Program-made: the position numbers and the translations under genes
DNA from: a virus
Lineage: Duplodnaviria; Caudoviricetes
Direction: 5' to 3' (one strand)
IMG/VR virus record: IMGVR_UViG_3300034171_000104
Location: 1-32,150 of that record
DNA: 32,150 bases
In this document: positions 7,709-14,747 of the stretch, piece after piece
How positions within the stretch are numbered: the stretch's first letter is position 1
Layout of the letters: every line of letters begins with the position of its first letter
The notes under the pieces: generated by a model
What the model saw: only the letters and a program-made list of their open reading frames with translations
Databases searched by the model: none
What the model was told of the DNA's origin: nothing

Positions 7709-8527
7709 TTACTTGCCGGGGGTGAAGGTGCCGATGGTTATTGATGCTAGGCCACCGATCTCGCTGATGAGCGTTTTCTTGAATTCCTGGGCGATGTCTT
7801 CCTGCTGTTGCTCTTGCTGTACCCAGCGGGGCTTGAGCATGGGTTTGTCGCCAGTGATGATGCTGAGGCGCAAGCAGAAGGTGCGCTCCTGGAGGCCCTC
7901 ATAGGGTGCGAAGGTGAATAGGAGGTCCTTTGGCTGTTGCTCGGCATGGGCGGCTTCGATGCTGTCCATTGATGAGCGGTTAGCGCTGAAGTCATTTTCG
8001 CTGTTGGTGCGCTCGGCGGTGGCCTTGATGGTGATGGTGCGGATCTTCTGCACCGCTGCGGCCACTGCGATCTCTTCACCTTGTTTGCCGAGCACTACCA
8101 GGTGGGTGTTCCAGTCTTCGATCCATTCAGCCAGGGCCTGTTGGCTGAGCTTCTCGCCGGCGATGGCATTAAGGGCCGTGTAGGCTGCGGTAGGTTTGAG
8201 GATGAGAGACGCAGTGTGATCACCGTGGCCGGGTGCTTGCTCGGTACCCAGGTTGAAGAATGCCTTGCAGCTCATGGTAGGGGCGTGGATGAACGCGCTG
8301 GTGGTGTTTTCCTTGGTGCTGCGGTCCGCTACGTACTTGCAGAAGTCATCCAGCGACTCGGTGCTAAGTGCGCCGCGGAAGCGGGCGCGGTCTGCTTGCA
8401 GGTGCTCGAGGCTTTGAACGCTGTAGTGCTCGGGCAGCATGATCGACGGCGTATCGGTACCCAAGTTGCGCTGGGTGGCGGCAAGTGCGTGGGCGATGAT
8501 CTGGTTGAGCGTGTCAACGGTTAGCAT
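7709..8527 (-). CDS. DUF2303 (YfdQ-like) protein
   Basis: SLEHLQ..R.RFRG...T.S..DF, FNLGT...PGHGDH.A.L.L..T, PYEGL.ER.F.LRLSI. Confidence 0.88.
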   Translation of the reverse strand: MLTVDTLNQIIAHALAATQRNLGTDTPSIMLPEHYSVQSLEHLQADRARFRGALSTESLDDFCKYVADRSTKENTTSAFIHAPTMSCKAFFNLGTEQAPGHGDHTASLILKPTAAYTALNAIAGEKLSQQALAEWIEDWNTHLVVLGKQGEEIAVAAAVQKIRTITIKATAERTNSENDFSANRSSMDSIEAAHAEQQPKDLLFTFAPYEGLQERTFCLRLSIITGDKPMLKPRWVQQEQQQEDIAQEFKKTLISEIGGLASITIGTFTPGK

Positions 8528-8583
8528 TGGTACTTCCTTTTGGTGGGTGGTTTTGTTTGCCCTAGTGGGCGGGTTACTTGCGC

Positions 8584-8928
8584 TTAGTCGCGTGGTTCTA
8601 CCGGGGCCTGCTCGCGTTTGAACAGTTGACCAGTAGGGTTTTCGGCAAAGAGCTTGAGGCCCTCGGCTGTGACGTGCATGGGCGTTTTGAGGGCGGTGTC
8701 TTCACGCTTACTGCCCCGTTTGGTGGGGGTGAGGAAGTCGAGCTTGTGCAAGATCTCGACCTGGTGGCTTTCGCCGATCTGGCTGATATCGAGCGTGATG
8801 ACGACTTTGCCCTTTTTGCCGTGCTCGACAACGCCGGCGGCGACATCGGACAGGGCGCGGCCCATCTGGTTAGCGAATACGCCGGCGTTGAGGTTGGCGA
8901 TCAGCTCGCCGGGGTCGGTTGCTTTCAT
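8584..8928 (-). CDS. YfdP-like protein, usual partner of DUF2303
   Basis: L.AGVF..Q...ALSDVAAGV...GKKGKV, PTKRG...ED....TPMHV; AGGAG SD before 8928. Confidence 0.8.
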   Translation of the reverse strand: MKATDPGELIANLNAGVFANQMGRALSDVAAGVVEHGKKGKVVITLDISQIGESHQVEILHKLDFLTPTKRGSKREDTALKTPMHVTAEGLKLFAENPTGQLFKREQAPVEPRD

Positions 8929-8962
8929 GGTGTTACTCCTAGTGCTTTGGGATTGGGTGCGG

Positions 8963-9208
8963 CTAGGCCGCTTTAGATGCCTGTTGCATGCCGGCGTCGA
9001 GCCAGCGTGCAAGGTCGGGCAGGTAGATCACTCGCGGTGCGCGGGTAGACTGGTGCAAGCGCGAGGGGTGCAGAGCCACTTCGCCGTCTTTGATCAGGCG
9101 CAGCAGATGTCTGTTGGTTTTGATGTGGGGCAGATGCTCGACTCTGACCTGCTCCAGCGTGAGATAAGGAAGGGAGTAACGCCGCTTGAGTTGCTCTAGA
9201 GTGCTCAT
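8963..9208 (-). CDS. PrtN-like (pyocin activator family) DNA-binding protein
   Basis: TLEQL.RRY..PYL.LEQVR..HL..., S.RAPR.IYL.DLA.WLD. Confidence 0.75.
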   Translation of the reverse strand: MSTLEQLKRRYSLPYLTLEQVRVEHLPHIKTNRHLLRLIKDGEVALHPSRLHQSTRAPRVIYLPDLARWLDAGMQQASKAA

Positions 9209-9546
9209 GCGGCGACCTTATTCAAGTTCATTAATGCAGCGATGCCTTCTGGTGATTTGCCATAGACAGTGGATAGCAGGTGATTGCCGTCCAGGACCAT
9301 GACCATCAGGCTTTTGCCGTCGCCCTGGTGCGGGGCAACAGCCACGGTCAAGTGAGCTGGCACAATAGCGCGTGCCGCTTTATAGGCTTCGGCTAGTTGG
9401 AAGGTGCTGCTATCGAGCAACTCCAGCCGCTCCAGCGCCTCTTGCCCAGCCGTCTGCGCCTGTTCTGGCGATACGGTGTGTGGGTGCCGCAGTTGCAGTG
9501 CGTAGAGCTTTAGCGCGCCCCTTGCGCAATCGACCAGATGCATCAT
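9205..9546 (-). CDS. Hypothetical phage protein
   Basis: ATGA-coupled start at 9546 with GGAG SD. Confidence 0.65.
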   Translation of the reverse strand: MMHLVDCARGALKLYALQLRHPHTVSPEQAQTAGQEALERLELLDSSTFQLAEAYKAARAIVPAHLTVAVAPHQGDGKSLMVMVLDGNHLLSTVYGKSPEGIAALMNLNKVAA

Positions 9547-9836
9547 GCTGCACGCTCCTGGTCTTCTTGCTCGACCGTCACGCCAAGCTGGTTGGCGAGC
9601 CACAACAGGCCCTTGGGGGTTACCAGGGTGACGTGGTACAGCTGGCCGTTGCCCTGGTTCATGTAAGGGTTTTTAGTGTGCTGCTTGAGCTTGACGGCGA
9701 AGCGGCCGGCGTCGATATCTCGTTGCCGCGGCAGACGGTTGTGGTCGAGTATGCCGCGCTCTTTGAGGTCGCGGGTTAGGCGGTTGCGGCCTGTGCCCAG
9801 CAGCTTGGCGGCGTCGGTTAGGGTCTGGTTATGCAT
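9543..9836 (-). CDS. Phage antirepressor, stand-alone KilAC/ANT domain
   Basis: AAKLLGTGRNRL...L...GIL....LP.Q..IDAGRF.VK...TLVTPKGL.WL. Confidence 0.85.
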   Translation of the reverse strand: MHNQTLTDAAKLLGTGRNRLTRDLKERGILDHNRLPRQRDIDAGRFAVKLKQHTKNPYMNQGNGQLYHVTLVTPKGLLWLANQLGVTVEQEDQERAA

Positions 9837-10066
9837 AAGTTGGCCTCCCGCAAGGAGTTGTCGAGGGCGTTATCGATCAAGTCTTCTATCCGGCGGCATT
9901 CTTCATACGTTATCAACCCAAGTGCATAGCCAGCAGCCATGATTCCGCGTGACTTGCCCCAGTAAAGGTTGTCTCCGTGCATTTTTCTGGTTTGGCGAAG
10001 CTGTACCAGAGCCTCTTTGAGGACGTTGAGCCATGCTTTCAGTTGGGCTTGAGTGAATGCGTTCAT
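9818..10066 (-). CDS. Hypothetical phage protein
   Basis: Coupled ORF in the early-left operon. Confidence 0.65.
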   Translation of the reverse strand: MNAFTQAQLKAWLNVLKEALVQLRQTRKMHGDNLYWGKSRGIMAAGYALGLITYEECRRIEDLIDNALDNSLREANLCITRP

Positions 10067-10347
10067 GCCGCACGCTCCAGCCGGCCATTGGCGCAGTCTT
10101 CAATCCACTGCTTAACCTGTTGTGCTAGCCCTTCGGGCGGCACGTTGGGCAGCGTGAGCGTATGAAAGTCGATGCCAGCCCGCAGATGGCAGCGCACGTG
10201 CTTTGGTTCGCGATGCACTTCAAGGGTCGCCATGATCGGCTGGGTGCTGCCGTCCAAGTTCTGCCGTACAAGCTTGATATTGAAGCTGCCTGTGCAGCGG
10301 ACGTGGGCCGGCAGCAGCTGTTCGGTGATGGCGGTGAGGTAGATCAT
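10063..10347 (-). CDS. Hypothetical phage protein
   Basis: Coupled ORF with GGAGG SD. Confidence 0.65.
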   Translation of the reverse strand: MIYLTAITEQLLPAHVRCTGSFNIKLVRQNLDGSTQPIMATLEVHREPKHVRCHLRAGIDFHTLTLPNVPPEGLAQQVKQWIEDCANGRLERAA

Positions 10348-10625
10348 GCCGCGTTACCTCCCCATGGGTCAGAGGGCGGCGTGTACTGCTGTTTTGATGC
10401 AGTTGGCCGATCGCTAGCAAATAGGTCTCGGCGGATCTTATCCAGAAGATGACGTGAGCCTTTAAAGCTTATACGTGGGGGGTTGCGGTTTACTAATGAG
10501 AGAGCTGCCCGATTGTCGCCCACAACAACTGCCAGCCCAGTTTGGGCAACAATAGCGTTAACGGTGTCGGGGTTGCCTAGGACGGCTGGATGCAGATAAA
10601 TACGGCATGGTTGTGTCGTGTGCAT
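10344..10625 (-). CDS. First gene of the PL operon, hypothetical (lambda N position)
   Basis: Directly downstream of PL; basic central segment. Confidence 0.65.
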   Translation of the reverse strand: MHTTQPCRIYLHPAVLGNPDTVNAIVAQTGLAVVVGDNRAALSLVNRNPPRISFKGSRHLLDKIRRDLFASDRPTASKQQYTPPSDPWGGNAA

Positions 10626-10661
10626 TGTGTTGACCCTGCGTGGTGGGTGGGTTCAACACAA
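10604..10661 (-). promoter_or_regulatory. Bipartite RNA element, copy L1 (PL leader)
   Basis: Stem 10626-10636/10649-10660; CCACCCACCAC at 10640-10650; GACACAACCATG at 10606-10617. Confidence 0.65.
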
Positions 10662-10703
10662 ATATACCTATGGGTAACAGATAAGATCAATACCTTTTGG
10701 TAA
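10661..10703 (-). promoter_or_regulatory. PL promoter and two OL operators
   Basis: Minus strand -35 TTGATC (10685-10690) and -10 TATATT (10661-10666); operators ATACCTATGGGTAA 10664-10677 and ATACCTTTTGGTAA 10690-10703. Confidence 0.8.
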
Positions 10704-10712
10704 ATAAATTAT

Positions 10713-11468
10713 TTATAAAAGCACTGAATACCAAAAAACTTTACCAATAATGCGGATATTATCCACTACGTAATCGGCATCATAAGTCTCATCCGGATGC
10801 TCTGAGCGGTTATAGCTACTAAGGCGCAGGCCGCTACCTGGTGCCCGATAAAGCACTTTGACCCGTAGTTGCCCATCGTGATCAATTGCATACATTTTGC
10901 CGTCTTTGATGGCCGTACAGGCGGTATCAATCCCTACTGTTGTGCCGTCTGGTAGTACTGGCTCCATGCTGTTTCCTGCAATTGTGGCGCAGGCGGCAGC
11001 TTCGGGTGTGATGTTTTTTCGTTGGAGGGTTCGCCGCCCAAAGCGGAGTTTGCGACCATGCGCTTCCAGCGCAACTTCAGATCCTTTGCCAGCTGACATT
11101 TCTACTTCCTTGAAGAATGGTAGCTCTACTTCATCCTCTCCTAGAGGCGTTTCATCGTCCCAGGCTTCTACCGGAGCTAATGCGTAACTAGATGCAGGTT
11201 CAGCAATGCTGAGAAAGGATCGGCGGGCAGGGGTGTCTATGCCCGTTTCAGAATCCAGGGCGTACGGCTCCATTTCCAGCGTTTGTTCTATGTGCCGTGC
11301 AAACTTTTCGCCAATGGGTTTGCTGCCCTTTTTATCAAAAGGCATTAGGCAGCGATTCACATAGCTGGATGAGCGGTCTATGGCCTCTGCTAGCGCGCTC
11401 TGCTTGCCTTCGAATCTGGCATTTATGAGTGCAAGCAAGTTGGCTTGGCGTGTCGATTTTATGTCCAT
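10713..11468 (-). CDS. cI: CI-like repressor (HTH plus S24 autopeptidase)
   Basis: N-terminal HTH, SAG cleavage site, GNSMEP catalytic Ser, RVKVL Lys, IIGKV terminus; divergent from cro. Confidence 0.93.
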   Translation of the reverse strand: MDIKSTRQANLLALINARFEGKQSALAEAIDRSSSYVNRCLMPFDKKGSKPIGEKFARHIEQTLEMEPYALDSETGIDTPARRSFLSIAEPASSYALAPVEAWDDETPLGEDEVELPFFKEVEMSAGKGSEVALEAHGRKLRFGRRTLQRKNITPEAAACATIAGNSMEPVLPDGTTVGIDTACTAIKDGKMYAIDHDGQLRVKVLYRAPGSGLRLSSYNRSEHPDETYDADYVVDNIRIIGKVFWYSVLL

Positions 11469-11488
11469 GGTCCGATGATCGTCAGGTA

Positions 11489-11546
11489 TTACTTAAAAGT
11501 AAATTACCCAATGGTATTGACAGGCGGTTACCTATAGGTAAACAAT
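11489..11546. promoter_or_regulatory. OR region: three operators and PR
   Basis: TTACTTAAAAGTAA 11489-11502, TTACCCAATGGTAT 11504-11517, perfect palindrome TTACCTATAGGTAA 11528-11541; TTGACA at 11517-11522. Confidence 0.82.
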
Positions 11547-11580
11547 CCCACCAGTCCTATGGTTTAGAAGAGAGAAACCC

Positions 11581-11817
11581 ATGAGCCTTTTGGAGTACAT
11601 AAAGCCGATGACCAAGGAGGCGCTTGGTGCATTTGCATTCGAGTGCATTAGCACTCCTGGTCAGATAAAACAGGTTGCCTATGGGCGGAGGGCTAGCGCG
11701 GAGCTTGCTATCCGCATTGATAAGGCGAGCTGTGGTGCTGTGCCCTGTGAAGCGATCCGGCCCGATATCGACTGGGAATACGTTAGGAACGGATCGCTGC
11801 AGTCTGCCGCAGCTTAA
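11581..11817 (+). CDS. cro: Cro-like (YdaS-type) regulator
   Basis: Small HTH with R..SAELAI.I...S.G.V....IRPDIDW; divergent from cI. Confidence 0.85.
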   Translation: MSLLEYIKPMTKEALGAFAFECISTPGQIKQVAYGRRASAELAIRIDKASCGAVPCEAIRPDIDWEYVRNGSLQSAAA

Positions 11818-11822
11818 TAGGT

Positions 11823-11883
11823 GCCGGGGAGTGGTCCACCCACCACAGACGTTCCACCCTCCGGCGTGTGACACAACCATGCC
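11823..11883 (+). promoter_or_regulatory. Bipartite RNA element, copy R (after cro)
   Basis: Stem 11823-11834/11854-11865; CCACCCACCAC at 11836-11846; GACACAACCATG at 11870-11881. Confidence 0.65.
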
Positions 11884-11945
11884 ACAGACCAAGGATATGC
11901 GGACAACCGCGCCTTGGCTACGGCGTTGCAGGGGATTTTTCCGAC

Positions 11946-12443
11946 ATGAGCCGTAATCATCTATTGCCGGACGCAGGTCCGGTGCTTGATCTACACCAGG
12001 CGCTGTACTGCGCTTGCCGCGATTACCGGGGCGGACTGACTGCCCTGGCTGCCATGATGGCGACCAATTACGACACGTTGCAGAAGAAAGTGAGTGTGGC
12101 GAATGCGACCCACCATTTGACACTTAAAGAGTTTGAGGAGGTGGCCACCATAACGGATGACGCCCGTATCGATGATGCCTATGCGCGACTGCGTGGCAAA
12201 GTGATGTTCACACCAAGGCCGGTACCGGCCACCAACGATGCGCTCAAGGCGCTGGGCTCAATGTTGGCTGCTGAGGGTGCTTTTGTAGGCAGTCTGCATG
12301 ACGGCGTTGCTGACAACGTATGGGAGCAGCACGAGGTCGAGAAGTTGGATCACGCCGGTATGAAGGTGATTTGTGAGGTCCTTGCAATCATGGCAGGTGC
12401 TCGGCAGGCAATGGAGGGCGGCAACCATGGCTGGCTTCTGTGA
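11946..12443 (+). CDS. Phage regulatory CII-family (CP76-like) protein
   Basis: ALY.A.RDY.GG..ALA..M...YDTLQKK......HHL; position after cro. Confidence 0.8.
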   Translation: MSRNHLLPDAGPVLDLHQALYCACRDYRGGLTALAAMMATNYDTLQKKVSVANATHHLTLKEFEEVATITDDARIDDAYARLRGKVMFTPRPVPATNDALKALGSMLAAEGAFVGSLHDGVADNVWEQHEVEKLDHAGMKVICEVLAIMAGARQAMEGGNHGWLL

Positions 12444-12648
12444 TGTAGGGGCTGAACGCGCCCAGCAAACAATCGATGATGCTCTGGCTGCGCGTCGACT
12501 GGAAGCATCAAAGCCGGTGATAGACCATCCGTATTGTGAAGACTGTGACTGCGCCATTCCGCTCAAGCGCCGCGAGGCGTTGCCTGGTGTTGAGTGCTGT
12601 GTGGATTGCCAGGCGATCCGTGAGCATGTGGGGGTGCGCCGTGGGTGA
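12427..12648 (+). CDS. TraR/DksA C4 zinc-finger protein
   Basis: CEDCD.AIP..RR.ALPG..CCVDCQ; GGAGG SD. Confidence 0.9.
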   Translation: MAGFCDVGAERAQQTIDDALAARRLEASKPVIDHPYCEDCDCAIPLKRREALPGVECCVDCQAIREHVGVRRG

Positions 12649-13699
12649 CAATACCGGTATTGAGTGGACAGACGCGACCTGGAACCCCCTGCGTGGTTGT
12701 TCCCGCGTGAGCGAAGGGTGCCGCAACTGCTACGCGGAGACGGTGGCGGGGCGTTTTAGTAAGCCGGGGTTGCCTTATGAAGGGCTGATCGCCAAGGGCG
12801 GGCAGTGGAATGGTCAGGTGCGTCTGCTGCCCGAGCTGCTGGCCCAGCCTTACCGCTGGGTGAAGCCGCGGCGGATATTCGTGAACAGTATGAGTGACCT
12901 GTTTCACGAGTCGGTGCCGTTTGAGTTCATCGCTTCGGTGTTTGCCGTTATGGGCATTACCACGCGCCACACCTACCAGATCCTGACCAAGCGGCCCGAG
13001 CGCATGTTGGCGTTCTTCGAGTGGTTGCGCGAAGACGACCACGAGGATTATGACAGGATCATGGACCATTGGCCGGAAGGGCTTGACTGGACACCGTCAC
13101 GCAATGGGCGGGGCGGTTACGATAACTGCGGGCCAGGCTGGCCGTATGAGAACGTCTGGCTGGGTGTGAGCGTTGAGGACCAAGCCACGGCTGATGCGCG
13201 CATTCCGCTGCTGCTGGAAGCGCCGGCGGCGGTGCGGTGGATTTCGGCTGAGCCATTGCTTGGTTCGGTGGATATCGCGTGGGCGCTTGGTCACAGGATG
13301 GGTATGGCTGCAGGGTTTCAGCAGCGCGGTCGGTTCGCCCCTGGCTTTGAGCTGCTGAGGCCGCTCGATTGGGTGGTGGTTGGCGGTGAGTCTGGAGCTG
13401 AGGCTAGGCCCATGCATCCGGATTGGGCGCGCTCGCTTAGGGATCAATGCGCGGATGAAGGTGTGCCTTTCTTGTTCAAGCAGTGGGGGGAGTGGATGCC
13501 ACGCGGCCTTGAGTCCATGGATTATCCGTTGGTCGATGGCGTGCCGAGGATTCGGTTCACTGACCTGGGCGAGAACGGCAGCGACTTGGGTGCGGAAGGT
13601 GAGAACCACGTCTGGATGCAACGTGCCGGGAAAAAGCCTGCTGGACGGCTGCTCGATGGCGTTCTGCATGATGGTTATCCGGGGGTGGCCAATGCCTGA
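12641..13699 (+). CDS. Phage Gp37/Gp68 (DUF5131) protein
   Basis: IEWTDATWNP..GCSRVSEGCRNCYAE, FVNSMSDLFHE, LTKRPER, WVVVGGESG, FLFKQWG. Confidence 0.92.
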   Translation: MGDNTGIEWTDATWNPLRGCSRVSEGCRNCYAETVAGRFSKPGLPYEGLIAKGGQWNGQVRLLPELLAQPYRWVKPRRIFVNSMSDLFHESVPFEFIASVFAVMGITTRHTYQILTKRPERMLAFFEWLREDDHEDYDRIMDHWPEGLDWTPSRNGRGGYDNCGPGWPYENVWLGVSVEDQATADARIPLLLEAPAAVRWISAEPLLGSVDIAWALGHRMGMAAGFQQRGRFAPGFELLRPLDWVVVGGESGAEARPMHPDWARSLRDQCADEGVPFLFKQWGEWMPRGLESMDYPLVDGVPRIRFTDLGENGSDLGAEGENHVWMQRAGKKPAGRLLDGVLHDGYPGVANA

Positions 13700-14747
13700 T
13701 TACCCCAAAACCAGCTTGCAGTTGGACGATCTGAAATCACTGCTGATGCATATCAGCCCGGATCTGAACCGCGATGAGTGGTGGGCTGTAACTGCAGGTT
13801 TGAAGTCCGAGTTTGGTGAAGAGGGCTTTGATGCGTGGGAGCACTGGAGCAAGGGTTCAAAGGCATACGACAAGGGTGCTGCCGAGAGTACCTGGAAGAG
13901 CACCAAGGCCGGCAAGATTACTATTGGCACGGTGATCCATCTAGCTAAAGAGGGCGGTTGGCGTCCTGAGAAAAAAGAACTGACCGCAGCAGAGCGCCGG
14001 CAGCAGAGGGCGGACGATGAGGCCCGGCGCAAAAAACGCCAAGCCGAGATCGAGGCAGACGAACAGCGCACGCTCGTGATGCACCAGGCGGTGCAGGGCG
14101 CGACAATGCGCTTGCTGTCTGAATTCACCAACGCTCGAGGCAAGAGCGAGTACCTGGCGCGCAAGCAGGTGGATCCTTTTGGTGTGCGGTTCATCAGCAA
14201 GCCAGTGGTATTGAGCATCGACGATGAGCTGCAGCGCTGCGATCTCTGGACGGGCGACGATATCAAACGGTTTTTCGATAACCTGCCCAATCCTCGGCCA
14301 GACAGCCACAGTTTCATGATGTTAAAGCCGGGCACCTTTTTGGTACCGCTAGCGGATGTTGAGGGGGTGATATGGTCGTTTCAGTCGATCAGCCCCAGCG
14401 GCACAAAGCTGTTTCCAAAGCACTCGCGCAAGTCCGGCTGCATGCATTGCATCGGCTCGCTTGAGGATGCTGAGCTGATTGTGCTGGCTGAGGGCTATTC
14501 GACTACGGCCAGTTGTTTTATGGCGACTGAGTGGGCGGCGGTGATGACGGTGGATGTGGGCAATATGGCAAAGATCGCCACTGCACTGCATGGCCGTTAC
14601 CCCCGAGCCCGCCTGATTCTGGCGGGTGATGATGACCCAAAGCCAGACGGTAAAAACCCGGGCCGGGCCCAGGCAGAAGCAATCGGGCGTGAGCTCGGCG
14701 TTGTGGCGGTGTTCCCTCGGGTTCCGGTACAGCAGGTGGCTGCATGA
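13692..14747 (+). CDS. Primase (PriCT-2 plus Toprim domain)
   Basis: N-terminal PriCT-2 (RDEW..V..GLK.EFG....W..WS); AEGYST and AGDDD Toprim motifs. Confidence 0.85.
   Translation: MPDYPKTSLQLDDLKSLLMHISPDLNRDEWWAVTAGLKSEFGEEGFDAWEHWSKGSKAYDKGAAESTWKSTKAGKITIGTVIHLAKEGGWRPEKKELTAAERRQQRADDEARRKKRQAEIEADEQRTLVMHQAVQGATMRLLSEFTNARGKSEYLARKQVDPFGVRFISKPVVLSIDDELQRCDLWTGDDIKRFFDNLPNPRPDSHSFMMLKPGTFLVPLADVEGVIWSFQSISPSGTKLFPKHSRKSGCMHCIGSLEDAELIVLAEGYSTTASCFMATEWAAVMTVDVGNMAKIATALHGRYPRARLILAGDDDPKPDGKNPGRAQAEAIGRELGVVAVFPRVPVQQVAA

Noticed and set aside
7671-11846. GTGGTGGGTGG as Chi-like recombination sites
   Set aside because: Not the E. coli Chi sequence (GCTGGTGG); intergenic hairpin context, partner box and orientation tied to transcription argue for an RNA element.
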